A stretch of DNA of 64,000 nt from Pseudomonadota bacterium (GTDB lineage Bacteria > Pseudomonadota > Alphaproteobacteria > Sphingomonadales > Sphingomonadaceae): positions 13,751 to 77,750 of the forward strand of contig JAEWCW010000212.1 in NCBI GenBank assembly GCA_023390415.1. Reading direction: 5' to 3'. Shown here in pieces: positions 47,654 to 57,388 of the stretch. Made by a program: the position numbers and the translations under genes. The notes under the pieces are model-generated. The model had not been told where the DNA came from. It searched no databases and worked only from the letters and a program-made list of their open reading frames with translations. Numbering within the stretch: the stretch's first letter is position 1; every line of letters begins with the position of its first letter.

Positions 47654-49228
47654 ATGGTCGTAAGGGCGGTCGAGGGGCAGGAGAGGCAATGGTGGGAGAC
47701 GCGAGTCTTCGCGCTTCTGCTCGTCCTCGCCAGCGCGGTGCCCCTGCTTTGGCCCGGAATCCCGCCTTTGCTCGACCTGCCCGGCCATATGGGCCGCTAC
47801 GAGGTCCAGCTGAACGGCGAGACTTCCGAGGCGCTCAGGAATTTCTACACGTTCGAATGGCGGCTGATCGGCAATCTCGGGATCGACCTTCTCGTCGTCC
47901 CCCTCTCCGCCATCTTCGGGCTCGAGCTGGCGGTGAAGCTGATCGTGCTCACCATCCCGCCCCTCACCGCTGCGGGATTCCTGTGGGTCGCGCGCGAGGT
48001 CCACGGACGGATCCCGCCGACGGCGCTCTTCGCTCTGCCGTTCGCCTACAATTACCCCTTCCTGTTCGGCTTCGTGAACTATGCGCTGTCGATGGCGCTC
48101 GCCTTCCTCGCCTTTGCCCTCTGGCTGAGGCTGGCGCGGCTCGGCCATACGCGCCTGCGCGCAGCCGTGATGGTGCCGATCTCGCTCCTGCTCTGGCTCT
48201 GCCACGCCTTCGGCTGGGGAACGCTTGGAGTCCTCGCTTTCTCGGCCGAGCTCGTCCGCCAGTTCGATCGCGGCCACAATCTCGTCATGGCGGGCCTCCG
48301 GGCGGCGATGCACTGCCTGGCGCTCGCGCCGCCGGTCGCGCTCGTCCTCCTGTGGCGGAGCGACGCCGGCGGCGTGACGGGCGACTGGCTCAATTTCGAC
48401 GCCAAGCTCGATTGGGTGCGGATGGCGCTCCGCGACCGCTGGGAGATTTTCGACCTCGCGTCGCTCGCGCTCTGCGGACTGATCATCTTCTGGGCGATGG
48501 TCGGCCGGCGCATTCACTTCTCGCGCAACCTCGCGGCCACGGCGCTGTTCCTCAGCCTGGTCTTCGTCGCGCTGCCGCGGATCGTGTTCGGATCGGCCTA
48601 TGCCGACATGCGGCTCGCCCCCTATCTCTTCGCCGTCGCGCTGGTTGCGATCCGCTTTCCCGAGAATGCGGGCCGCCGCTTGATGCAGGGGATCGCGATC
48701 GCCGGCCTCGCCTTCTTCGGGGTCCGCACCGTCGCGGGGACGGTCAGCGCCTATCTCTACGACCAGCGCTACGACCGTGAGCTCGCGGCGCTCGACCATG
48801 TGCCCCAAGGCGCGCGGATGGTGAGCTTCATCGGCCGCCAGTGCCGCGAGCCATGGGCGATGACGCGCCTGCTCCACCTCTCGGCGATCGGGATCGTCCG
48901 CCGCCACGCATTCTCGAACGACCAGTGGACCATGGCCGGCGCGCAATTGCTCAACGTCCGCTGGCGCGACGGCTGGCCATTCGTCCGCGACGCCTCGCAG
49001 GTGGTGACAGAGCGGCCGTGCCGGCGCGAGGTGTGGCGCACGATGGACGAATCGCTCGCTCAGTTCCCGCGCGACGCCTTCGACTATGTCTGGCTGATCG
49101 ATCCGCCGCTTTACGACCCCGCCTTCACCGAAGGGCTGCGGCCGATCTGGCGGAGCGGGACCAGCGTGCTGTTCGAGGTCGAGCGCGACGTCGACCAGAC
49201 CGTCAGGAAAATACCCAGCGGCGATTGA
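47654..49228 (+). CDS. Polytopic membrane protein, putative GT-C glycosyltransferase
   Basis: First loop PPLLDLPGHMGR; GFVNY; more than 10 TM helices; ADMRL; soluble C-terminal domain with FDYVW. Confidence 0.6.
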   Translation: MVVRAVEGQERQWWETRVFALLLVLASAVPLLWPGIPPLLDLPGHMGRYEVQLNGETSEALRNFYTFEWRLIGNLGIDLLVVPLSAIFGLELAVKLIVLTIPPLTAAGFLWVAREVHGRIPPTALFALPFAYNYPFLFGFVNYALSMALAFLAFALWLRLARLGHTRLRAAVMVPISLLLWLCHAFGWGTLGVLAFSAELVRQFDRGHNLVMAGLRAAMHCLALAPPVALVLLWRSDAGGVTGDWLNFDAKLDWVRMALRDRWEIFDLASLALCGLIIFWAMVGRRIHFSRNLAATALFLSLVFVALPRIVFGSAYADMRLAPYLFAVALVAIRFPENAGRRLMQGIAIAGLAFFGVRTVAGTVSAYLYDQRYDRELAALDHVPQGARMVSFIGRQCREPWAMTRLLHLSAIGIVRRHAFSNDQWTMAGAQLLNVRWRDGWPFVRDASQVVTERPCRREVWRTMDESLAQFPRDAFDYVWLIDPPLYDPAFTEGLRPIWRSGTSVLFEVERDVDQTVRKIPSGD

Positions 49229-49610
49229 GCGCGAAGGTCAGAAGCGGCGTGACGAAGGTGATCGGGATCACCGACCACCAGACCGGCCCGCCGAGATACT
49301 TGACCAGGAACCAGACGAAGAACTGGTTGGCGAGGAAGCCCAATGTGTTGACCGTGAAGAAGCGGGCGGTCCGCATCGCCGGCTTGTCGCGCCCGCCATG
49401 GCCGCGGAAGCTGAAGCGGCTGTGAAGCACATAGCCCAAGGCGCTGAACGTGACGTAGTTGATCGTCATCGAGAGCATGGGCTCGACATGGAGGATGTCG
49501 GCGAGGATCCAGTAGCCGCCCGCGACGAGCAGGGTCAGCAGGCCGCCGGTCAGGCCGAAGCGGAAGGCTTGTCCGATCAGGCTCCTGTGCCGTTCGATAT
49601 GCTCCCTCAT
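49203..49610 (-). CDS. GtrA-family lipid-linked sugar translocase
   Basis: Four short TM helices; FRFGLTG, YVLHSRFSF, FALNRRWVF. Confidence 0.88.
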   Translation of the reverse strand: MREHIERHRSLIGQAFRFGLTGGLLTLLVAGGYWILADILHVEPMLSMTINYVTFSALGYVLHSRFSFRGHGGRDKPAMRTARFFTVNTLGFLANQFFVWFLVKYLGGPVWWSVIPITFVTPLLTFALNRRWVFS

Positions 49611-49674
49611 GGGTCCCCGCGTTCCCGCCCCTGCTTGCCCTTTGGCCGGGACCGACTAATGCCCTGAGGAGCGG

Positions 49675-51483
49675 ATGAAAAGCGAGAACGGGGTGCGCGT
49701 GAGGCGGGAGATTTCGGGGGACCGGCTGGCCGAATTCGTGTGCCGCCACTGGCTTTGGACGTTGTTCGCCCTGTGGCTCGTCGCCGCCGCGCTGATGACC
49801 TTCGAATATTGGAACGCGATCCGCTGGTTCGCGCTCGGCGACACCGACGACAATATGCGGATGATGCAGGTCCGCGGCCTGCTCGAGGGGCAGGGCTGGT
49901 ACGATCTGCGCCAGCACCGGATGAACCCGCCGTTCGGCGCCGACATCCACTGGTCGCGCCTCGTCGACCTGCCGATCGCGGCGATCAAGCTGGCGCTCAC
50001 GCCGCTCATGGGCGGCGCCGGGGCCGAGAAGGCGGCGGTGACGATCGCGCCGCTGCTTCCGCTCGGCGTGACCATGGTCGCGATCGCCGTCACCGTGAGG
50101 CGGCTGGTCTCGCCCTATGCCTTCGTCCTTGCCATGGCGCTGCTCGCCTGCGCCCATTCGACGCGCGGCATGTTCGTTCCGCTCAGGATCGACCATCATG
50201 GCTGGCAGCTGGCCATGGTCGCGCTCTGTCTCGCCGGAATCTCGGACCCGCGCCGCGCGCGCGGCGGTCTTGTCCTCGGCCTCGCCACGGTGGGTTCGCT
50301 GACCATCGGCATGGAGATGCTGCCCTATCTCGCCATTGCCGGCGCGGTGACCGTGCTGCGCTGGATCTGGGACGAGGGGGAGGCGCGGCGCCTCGCCACC
50401 TATGGCGTCAGCCTCGCGGGGGGCTGCGCCCTCTCGTGGCTGATCTTCACCTCCGAGGCGAACAGCCGGGCGGTCTGCGACGCACTGTCCCCGGTCTGGC
50501 TCTCCGCGATGCTGCTCGCCGGCGCGGTCTCCGTCGGCCTTTCCTTCGCGTCGCCGCGGCACCGCCTCGTCCGGCTCGGCCTCGCAGCCCTCGGCGGCGC
50601 GGCCATCGCCGGCGCCTTCGCCTATATGTGGCCGCATTGCCTCGGCCGGCTCGAGCAATCCTCGCCCGAGCTCGAGCAGCTCTGGCTCAACCGCGTCCGG
50701 GAGGCGATGCCGATCTGGCGCCACGGCTGGAAGACCGCGGCGATCACCGCCTCGCTGCCGGTGATCGGGCTCGTCGGCTATTTCGCGATGCTCTGGAACC
50801 GCCGCCGCGACCCGACCCAGCTCATCCCCTGGGCCGGCCTCACCATCGTGGCGTTGCTCGCGGCCTCGCTCCTGCTCTGGCAGACCCGCGCCGGCCCCGC
50901 CGCGCAGATGCTCTCCATCCCCGGAGTCACCGCCTTGGCCTGGCTGGTCCGGCCCTGGCTGATGCGCACCCATATCGCGGTCCGGCTGATCGGCCTCGCC
51001 GCCGGCTTCATCCTGATCTCGGGCCTCGGCACGCTCTGGACGACCCGCGCGGTCCCTGATCCCCAGCGCCCGGCCCGGCCGCAGGTCGATTCGGCGAACC
51101 GGCGCTGCCCGACCATGCCTGCGCTCCGCCCGGTCGCTCTGCAGCCGCGCGGGAACGTTCTGACCTTCGTCGATCTCGGCCCGCGGCTGATCACGGTTAC
51201 GCATCACAATGCGGTGATCGGCCCCTATCACCGCAATGCCGAGCAGATCGTCGACGTGATGAAGGCGTGGCGCGGCGATGCTGCCAATGCACGGCGGACG
51301 GTCGAAAAGTACCGGATCGACTATGTGCTGATCTGCCCGAACCTCTCGGAATCGACCATATACCGGGCCGAGGCGCCGAACGGCTTCTATGTCCAGCTGA
51401 CTCGCGGGCAGGTGCCCGACTGGCTGGAGCGTGTGCCGCTGCCCTCCGACTCCCCCTATATGATGTGGCGGGTCAGGTCCTGA
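49675..51483 (+). CDS. STT3/AglB-like GT-C membrane transferase
   Basis: DTDDNMR, HWSR, IDHH, VREAMP, QTRA, FVDLG...GPYHRN, IDYVLI in STT3 order; about 13 TM helices plus a C-terminal soluble domain. Confidence 0.65.
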   Translation: MKSENGVRVRREISGDRLAEFVCRHWLWTLFALWLVAAALMTFEYWNAIRWFALGDTDDNMRMMQVRGLLEGQGWYDLRQHRMNPPFGADIHWSRLVDLPIAAIKLALTPLMGGAGAEKAAVTIAPLLPLGVTMVAIAVTVRRLVSPYAFVLAMALLACAHSTRGMFVPLRIDHHGWQLAMVALCLAGISDPRRARGGLVLGLATVGSLTIGMEMLPYLAIAGAVTVLRWIWDEGEARRLATYGVSLAGGCALSWLIFTSEANSRAVCDALSPVWLSAMLLAGAVSVGLSFASPRHRLVRLGLAALGGAAIAGAFAYMWPHCLGRLEQSSPELEQLWLNRVREAMPIWRHGWKTAAITASLPVIGLVGYFAMLWNRRRDPTQLIPWAGLTIVALLAASLLLWQTRAGPAAQMLSIPGVTALAWLVRPWLMRTHIAVRLIGLAAGFILISGLGTLWTTRAVPDPQRPARPQVDSANRRCPTMPALRPVALQPRGNVLTFVDLGPRLITVTHHNAVIGPYHRNAEQIVDVMKAWRGDAANARRTVEKYRIDYVLICPNLSESTIYRAEAPNGFYVQLTRGQVPDWLERVPLPSDSPYMMWRVRS

Positions 51484-52105
51484 GCATCGCCTCGATGCCG
51501 TCCATGACGAACTGGGCGGCAAGCGCGGCGAGGATCACGCCGAGTATTCGGGTGATCATCGCCTCGAGCCGTTCGCCGACGAAGCGCATGATCGGGCCGG
51601 CGGCGAGCAGGGCGATCAGGGTGAGGAGCAGGATCGCGCCCAGGGCGGCGAAGACGGTCAGTGTCTCGGCGGGGCCGTTGGTGCGCGCGGTGAGAAGCAT
51701 GATCGAGGCGATCGAGCCCGGGCCGGCGATCATCGGAATGCCCATCGGGAAGACCGAGATATCCTCCATCTCCGGTCTCCCGTTCACCTCCTGGGCGCGC
51801 TCGGCGCGCCGCTCCTGACGCTTCTCGAACACCATTTCGAGCGCGATCAGGAACAGCATGATTCCGCCGGCGATGCGGAAGGCGTGAAGGCTGATCCCGA
51901 GCGCGCCGAGCAATTTCTCGCCGAGCAGGCCGAAGAAGAGCAGGATCCCCGATGCGATCGCGACCGAGCGGATGGCCATCGAGCGGCGGTGCGCGGCGGT
52001 CCCGCCCTGGGTGAGGCTTGCGAAGATCGGCGCGCAGCCCGGCGGATCGATGATCACGAAGAAGGTGACGAGCGCCGAGACGAACAGGGTGGCGAGATCG
52101 TTCAC
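51473..52105 (-). CDS. MarC family membrane protein
   Basis: [47 protein letters not shown]. Confidence 0.92.
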   Translation of the reverse strand: MNDLATLFVSALVTFFVIIDPPGCAPIFASLTQGGTAAHRRSMAIRSVAIASGILLFFGLLGEKLLGALGISLHAFRIAGGIMLFLIALEMVFEKRQERRAERAQEVNGRPEMEDISVFPMGIPMIAGPGSIASIMLLTARTNGPAETLTVFAALGAILLLTLIALLAAGPIMRFVGERLEAMITRILGVILAALAAQFVMDGIEAMLRT

Positions 52106-52974
52106 AGGCCCTCCGGCGCGGTGAGGCCGGCGCGCTGGTGGGCGGCGACGAGCGTGTTGCGGAGGAGGATGGCGATGGTCATCGGGCCGACCCCGCCCGG
52201 AACCGGGGTGATCGCGCCGGCGACCTGCGACGCGCTGTCATAATCGACGTCGCCGACCAGCCGCCCCTCGATCCGGTTGATGCCGACGTCGATCACGGTC
52301 GCGCCGGGCTTCAGCCACTCACCCTTCACCATTTCGGGCCGGCCGACCGCGGCGACGACGATGTCGGCGCGGCGCACGACCGCTTGCAGATCGCGGGTGC
52401 GGCTGTGGGCAATGGTGACCGTGGCATTCTCCTGGAGGAGGAGCTGCGCCATTGGCTTGCCGACGATGTTCGAGCGGCCGATCACAACCGCATCGAGCCC
52501 GGACAGATCGCCCAGCCGGTCCTTCAGCAGCATCAGGCAGCCGAGCGGCGTGCAGGGGACGAGCGCGGTTTCGCCGACCGCGAGGCGCCCGGCATTCACA
52601 GGGTGGAAGCCGTCCACATCCTTGGCCGGATCGATGGCGGCGATCACCGCCTTGTCGTCGATATGGCGCGGCAGCGGGAGCTGGACGAGGATTCCGTCGA
52701 CGCGGTCATCCGCGTTGAGTTGATCGACGAGCGCGAGAAGGTCCGCCGCGCTGACGCTCTCCGGGAGCCGATGCTCGGAGCTCTCCATCCCGGCCTCGAG
52801 CGTGGCCTTGCCCTTGGAGCGGACGTAGACGGCGCTCGCCGGATCCTCGCCGACCAGCACGACCGCGAGGCCGGGCTTGCGTCCGGCCCGCGCCGCAAAG
52901 GCGCCGGCCGCGTCGGCGACGCGGGCGCGCAGGCCCGCGGCGAAGGCTTTGCCGTCGATCCGCTCTGCAGCCAT
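52102..52974 (-). CDS. folD: Methylenetetrahydrofolate dehydrogenase/cyclohydrolase
   Basis: [59 protein letters not shown]. Confidence 0.96.
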   Translation of the reverse strand: MAAERIDGKAFAAGLRARVADAAGAFAARAGRKPGLAVVLVGEDPASAVYVRSKGKATLEAGMESSEHRLPESVSAADLLALVDQLNADDRVDGILVQLPLPRHIDDKAVIAAIDPAKDVDGFHPVNAGRLAVGETALVPCTPLGCLMLLKDRLGDLSGLDAVVIGRSNIVGKPMAQLLLQENATVTIAHSRTRDLQAVVRRADIVVAAVGRPEMVKGEWLKPGATVIDVGINRIEGRLVGDVDYDSASQVAGAITPVPGGVGPMTIAILLRNTLVAAHQRAGLTAPEGL

Positions 52975-53276
52975 CAATAGCCCGCGAGAACCAGGTCGCG
53001 CGCGACGCCGCGGAGGAGCATTTCGAGCGCGATGATGATCAGCAGAACCACCATCGGGCTGAAATCCAGCCCACCGAAATCGGGCAGGAGCCGACGGAAC
53101 GGCCGGTAGAGCGGCGCCGTGATCCGATCGAGCGCATAATAGATGTTGCGGACGAAATCGTTGTGCGTGTTGATCACGTTGAAGGCGACGAGGATGCTCA
53201 GCACCGCCTGGATGATGATGATCCACCACATGACGGTGAGGATCAGCAGCAGGATCTGAATGAGGGAAATCAGCAT
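52974..53276 (-). CDS. YggT family membrane protein
   Basis: [26 protein letters not shown]; two TM helices. Confidence 0.9.
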   Translation of the reverse strand: MLISLIQILLLILTVMWWIIIIQAVLSILVAFNVINTHNDFVRNIYYALDRITAPLYRPFRRLLPDFGGLDFSPMVVLLIIIALEMLLRGVARDLVLAGY

Positions 53277-53332
53277 GAAGTGCTCCGCCCGCGGTTGAGC
53301 GCCATGTAGCGGCGCCCCTGCGTCAGGACAAC

Positions 53333-54280
53333 CTAAGGGGCGAAGCGTGGCGCCTCGGCCTCCGCGAGGATGAGGGCGAAATTGTCGCCGGCATCGGTCC
53401 ATTCGCGGATCGGCGCCCAGCCGGCGGCGCGCAGCAGCAGGCTCGCATCGCGCGGGCCGTATTTGTGGCTGTTCTCGCTGTGGATGGTCTCGCCCGCCCG
53501 CATTTCGAAACTGCGGCCTGCCACTGCGAAGGCGAGGTCGCGGCGCGCGACGAGGTGCATCTCGATCCTGCTCTTCGCCTCGTTCCAGACCGCGCGGTGG
53601 GCGAAATCGTCGACGGGGATGTCGCCGCCGAGCTGGGCATTGATCCGGTGCAGCAGGTTGAGGTTGAACGCGGCGGTCACGCCAGCGGAATCGTCATAGG
53701 CGCGGAGCAGGGTTTCGATGTCCTTCACCCGGTCGATGCCGATGAGAAGATTTGCGCCGACGCCGAGAGCTGCCCGGAAGGCGCGCAGCAGATCGACCGC
53801 GGTGGCGGGGATCATGTTGCCGATCGTCGAACCGGGGAAGAAGCCGAGCCTCGGCAGCCCGTCGACCGCCGGCGGGAGCGGGATCTCCTTCATGAAATCC
53901 GCTTCGACCGGATGGACCGAAAGATCCGAATGTTCGCGTTGGACCTCCTGAGCAGCGCTGCGCAGGAACTCGCCGCTGATGTCGATCGGGACATAGGCTG
54001 CGGGCTTCACGGCCTCGATCAGGATCGGAGTCTTGACCGCCGAGCCGGCACCGAGCTCGACGATGGCGCTGCCCGGGCCGACGATAGCGCCGACCTCCGG
54101 GGCGTGACGGGCGAGCAGCTCGGTATCCAGCCGGGTCAGATAATATTCGGGAAGCCTGGTGATCTCCTCGAACAGCTCCGAGCCTCGCCGATCGTAGAGC
54201 CATCGTGCGGGGATGGCGCGGATCGGCGCTGCGAGGCCCGCGAGAACGTCGTCGCGGAAGGCGGGATCGGCGGTTGCCAT
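53333..54280 (-). CDS. egtD: L-histidine N-alpha-methyltransferase
   Basis: YDRRGSELFEEITRLPEYY.TR, ELGAGS..KT, FPGSTIGN, AYDD.AGVTAAFNLN, RIEMHL, ENSHKY. Confidence 0.93.
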   Translation of the reverse strand: MATADPAFRDDVLAGLAAPIRAIPARWLYDRRGSELFEEITRLPEYYLTRLDTELLARHAPEVGAIVGPGSAIVELGAGSAVKTPILIEAVKPAAYVPIDISGEFLRSAAQEVQREHSDLSVHPVEADFMKEIPLPPAVDGLPRLGFFPGSTIGNMIPATAVDLLRAFRAALGVGANLLIGIDRVKDIETLLRAYDDSAGVTAAFNLNLLHRINAQLGGDIPVDDFAHRAVWNEAKSRIEMHLVARRDLAFAVAGRSFEMRAGETIHSENSHKYGPRDASLLLRAAGWAPIREWTDAGDNFALILAEAEAPRFAP

Positions 54281-54281
54281 G

Positions 54282-55535
54282 TCAGCTCCGGGCGATCCGC
54301 AGCCCGGAGAACATCCAGCGCTGATGCGGGTAGAAGAAATTGCGGTAGCTGGCGCGCATATGGCCGCGCGGCGTGGCGCAGCAGCCGCCCCTCAGCACCA
54401 TCTGCCCGCCCATGAACTTGCCATTATATTCGCCGACCGTGCCCGCCGCCGGCGCGAAACCCGGATAGGGAAGGAACGCGCTGGCGGTCCATTCCCAGAC
54501 GTCGCCGAAGAATCCGGCGGCGGCCGGGGACGCGGGGTGCGGACGGGCTGGACCGGCGGAGTCCAGCTGATTGCCGGCGAGCGGGTCGCCGGCCGCGGCG
54601 GCGGCCTCCCATTCGAACTCGGTGGGAAGCCGGGCGCCGGCCCAGCGCGCATAAGCGTCGGCCTCGTAATAGGAAATGTGGCAGACGGGCTCGGCGGGAT
54701 CGATTTCGCCGACGCCGTCGAGGCCGAAGCGCTGCCACCCCGACTCGCCTTCCAGCCAGTAGAGCGGCGCCTCGACGCGCTCCGCCTGGACCCAGGCCCA
54801 GCCGTCCGACAGCCACAGGCGCGGATCGCGATAACCGCCGGCCTGGATGAAGCCGAGCCATTCGCCATTGGTGACATTGCGGTCGGCGAGCTGGTGCCGA
54901 TTGAGGAACACACGGTGCCGCGGGCCTTCGCAATCGAAGGCGAAGTCGCTTCCGTCATGGCCGATCTGGACGATGCCCTCGCGCCCCTCGATCCAGCCCT
55001 GCGGTCGCGGCTCTGCGCGCGCCGTCGGCGGCGCCTCCCAGACCGCAGGCAGCAAAGGATTGGCGGCGAAAGCGGCGAGCATGTCCATCAGCATCAGCTC
55101 CTGGTGCTGCTGCTCGTGATTGAGGCCGAGCTCGACCAGCGCCAGCGCCTCGGGCTTGAGACCGGGAAGCGCCCGCTCCAGAGCCTCGTCGACATGCGCG
55201 CGATAGGCGCGGACCTCGTCGAGGCTCGGCCGGCTCAACATACCGCGCCGGCCGCGGGCGAGCCGCTCGCCTTCGCCCTCGTAATAGGAATTGAAGAGAT
55301 AGGCCCAGCGCGGATCGTAGGCACGATAACCGGGAACGTGATCGCGAAGGACGAAGGTCTCGAAGAACCAGCTCGTATGGGCGAGGTGCCATTTGGCCGG
55401 CGAGGCGTCCGGCATCGGCTGAAGGGTGGCGTCGGCATCGGAGAGCGGCGCGGCGATGGCGAGGCTGAGCGCGCGCACCTCGCGGACCCGCTGAGCGGGA
55501 TCGGCTCCGTCCCCGGCACGGATGGTGGTCGCCAT
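54282..55535 (-). CDS. egtB: Ergothioneine sulfoxide synthase
   Basis: QPMPDASPAKWHLAHTSWFFE, FNSYY, HEQQHQE, RLPTEFEWE, EYNGKFM, YRNFF; adjacent to egtD. Confidence 0.93.
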   Translation of the reverse strand: MATTIRAGDGADPAQRVREVRALSLAIAAPLSDADATLQPMPDASPAKWHLAHTSWFFETFVLRDHVPGYRAYDPRWAYLFNSYYEGEGERLARGRRGMLSRPSLDEVRAYRAHVDEALERALPGLKPEALALVELGLNHEQQHQELMLMDMLAAFAANPLLPAVWEAPPTARAEPRPQGWIEGREGIVQIGHDGSDFAFDCEGPRHRVFLNRHQLADRNVTNGEWLGFIQAGGYRDPRLWLSDGWAWVQAERVEAPLYWLEGESGWQRFGLDGVGEIDPAEPVCHISYYEADAYARWAGARLPTEFEWEAAAAAGDPLAGNQLDSAGPARPHPASPAAAGFFGDVWEWTASAFLPYPGFAPAAGTVGEYNGKFMGGQMVLRGGCCATPRGHMRASYRNFFYPHQRWMFSGLRIARS

Positions 55536-55560
55536 AGGCCTCCGCAACGGTCGATCGGCG

Positions 55561-56133
55561 TTATTGGTCCCGCGTTGCCCCGGGCGTCCAGAGGATTTCG
55601 CCGCCGTCGGCCGTGGCAGCCGCGCGCGCCATCACGAAGAGATGGTCCGAAAGCCGATTGAGATAGGACAGGGCCAGCGGGTTGAGCGAAACCTCGCGTC
55701 CCGCCGCGACCGCCGAACGTTCGGCGCGGCGGACGATCGCGCGCGCGACGTGGAGCGCCGCAGCGCCGCGCCCGCCGCCCGGCAGGATGAAGTTTCGAAG
55801 CGGTTCCAGCGCCTCGTTCATCGAATCGATCTCGCGCTCCAGCCGCTCGATCTGCGCGGGCACGATCCGGAGCACCATTTCGGACGGCGCGAAATCCTCG
55901 CCGGGCGTGGCGAGATCGGCACCGAGATCGAACATCTCGTTCTGGATGCGCCGGAGCATTGCGGCATGATCGACCGAGACGTCGAGGATCGCCAGGCCGA
56001 TCGCGCTGTTCGCCTCGTCGACGTCGCCGATCGCTGCAGCGCGCACATGGTCCTTGCCGATCCGCGAGCCGTCGGCGAGGCCGGTCTCTCCGGCGTCCCC
56101 GGTCCGCGTGTAGATGCGGTTGAGCCGCACCAT
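55561..56133 (-). CDS. PduO-type cob(I)alamin adenosyltransferase
   Basis: IYTRTGDAGETGL, GDVDEANS, FILPGG, RRAER, YLNRLSD.LF. Confidence 0.92.
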   Translation of the reverse strand: MVRLNRIYTRTGDAGETGLADGSRIGKDHVRAAAIGDVDEANSAIGLAILDVSVDHAAMLRRIQNEMFDLGADLATPGEDFAPSEMVLRIVPAQIERLEREIDSMNEALEPLRNFILPGGGRGAAALHVARAIVRRAERSAVAAGREVSLNPLALSYLNRLSDHLFVMARAAATADGGEILWTPGATRDQ

Positions 56134-56137
56134 GGGC

Positions 56138-56341
56138 TTAGTTGCCGCCGCGCATCATCAGCAGGAGGAGGATGGCGAGAACGATCGCGACGCCCTGATA
56201 GAGGACGCGCTTGCGCATCAGCTCCTGGCTGCGCTGGCCGGTCAGGTCCTTGCCCTGAGCCATGCCGATCACGCCGCGGACGAGGGTGTAGAGGGTGAAG
56301 CCGACCGCGATGACGATCAGGATGAGGAGCAAGGTCTGCAT
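56138..56341 (-). CDS. HIG1-like twin-transmembrane small protein
   Basis: Two TM helices flanking SQELMRKRVLYQ. Confidence 0.8.
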   Translation of the reverse strand: MQTLLLILIVIAVGFTLYTLVRGVIGMAQGKDLTGQRSQELMRKRVLYQGVAIVLAILLLLMMRGGN

Positions 56342-56350
56342 CGCGCCTAT

Positions 56351-57217
56351 CTAAAGGCTCGCCGCGGAATATCCAGCCGGGAGGCGTCGTGCGCGCAATT
56401 GTTCGGTGAGCGCAGCCGGATCGGCCCCCGCGGCGCGGAGGGCGGCGAGGGTGGGCGCGCCGTCGCGCTTGGCGAGTCGCCGGCCGTTTGCGTCCAGCAG
56501 CAGATCGTGATGATGATAATGCGGCGTCGGCAGGCCGAGCAGCGCCTGGAGCAGCCGGTGGACGGCGGTCGCGGCGAAGAGGTCGCGGCCGCGGACGACG
56601 TCGGTCACCCCCTGGGCCGCATCGTCGACCGTGACGGCGAGGTGATAGGAGGTCGGTGCGTCCTTGCGGGCGAGGACGACGTCGCCAAACGCCCTTGGAT
56701 CGGCCTGGACCTCGGTGTCGCCATCCTCCCAGTAGAGCGGCCCTACGCGCCCGGCGGCGCGCTCCACGTCGAGTCGCCAGGCATGCGCCTCCGCGGCCAT
56801 CCGCCGTCCGCGCTCGGCCGGGGCGAGCGCGCGGCAGGTGCCTGGATAGAGCGGCCCGTCGGGGCCATGCGGCGCTGCCGCGCTTGCGGCGATCTCGGCG
56901 GCGATGGCCGAGCGGGTGCAAAAGCAGGGATAGACGAGCCCTTCCGCCTTCAGACGATCGAGCGCGTCCGAATAGAGATGAAGCCGCTCGGACTGGTAGA
57001 CGATCTCCCCATCCGGCTCGAGGCCGAGCCAGAGCAGGTCCTCGATGATGCCGTCGACATGCTCGGGCCGGGAGCGGCCGGGATCGATATCCTCGATCCG
57101 AAGCAGGAAGGCGCCGCCGCGCTCCCGCGCATAATCATGGGCGAGGATCGCGGAATAAGCGTGGCCGAGGTGAAGCCGGCCGGTCGGCGACGGGGCGAAG
57201 CGGCTGACGACATTCAT
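56351..57217 (-). CDS. gluQ: Glutamyl-Q tRNA(Asp) synthetase
   Basis: RFAPSPTGRLHLGH, RIEDID, YPCFCTR, DDA.QGVTDVVRG.DL, RLAKRD; no anticodon-binding domain. Confidence 0.92.
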   Translation of the reverse strand: MNVVSRFAPSPTGRLHLGHAYSAILAHDYARERGGAFLLRIEDIDPGRSRPEHVDGIIEDLLWLGLEPDGEIVYQSERLHLYSDALDRLKAEGLVYPCFCTRSAIAAEIAASAAAPHGPDGPLYPGTCRALAPAERGRRMAAEAHAWRLDVERAAGRVGPLYWEDGDTEVQADPRAFGDVVLARKDAPTSYHLAVTVDDAAQGVTDVVRGRDLFAATAVHRLLQALLGLPTPHYHHHDLLLDANGRRLAKRDGAPTLAALRAAGADPAALTEQLRARRLPAGYSAASL

Positions 57218-57388
57218 GAATTTCGTCCTTGACCGCGACTCCGAGCTTGTGTTGTCATTATGGCGTCACGTGAGCAAGCCAGCGTGGCAGGACAGAGGAC
57301 GGCCGGAGCGCCACCCCTCTCGTTCTGAGTGCGACAGGGTCGAGGGCGGCGTTTCGGAAGGTTTTCTCCGAAACGGGAGCCGCGCGAC

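Noticed and set aside
46097..51522. 949-aa and 803-aa minus-strand ORFs
   Set aside because: Antisense to well-formed membrane protein genes; Arg/Gly/Ala-rich shadow composition.
53333..55535. Selenoneine (sen) cluster
   Set aside because: No SenB glycosyltransferase or SelD-like gene adjacent; an egtD partner is present.
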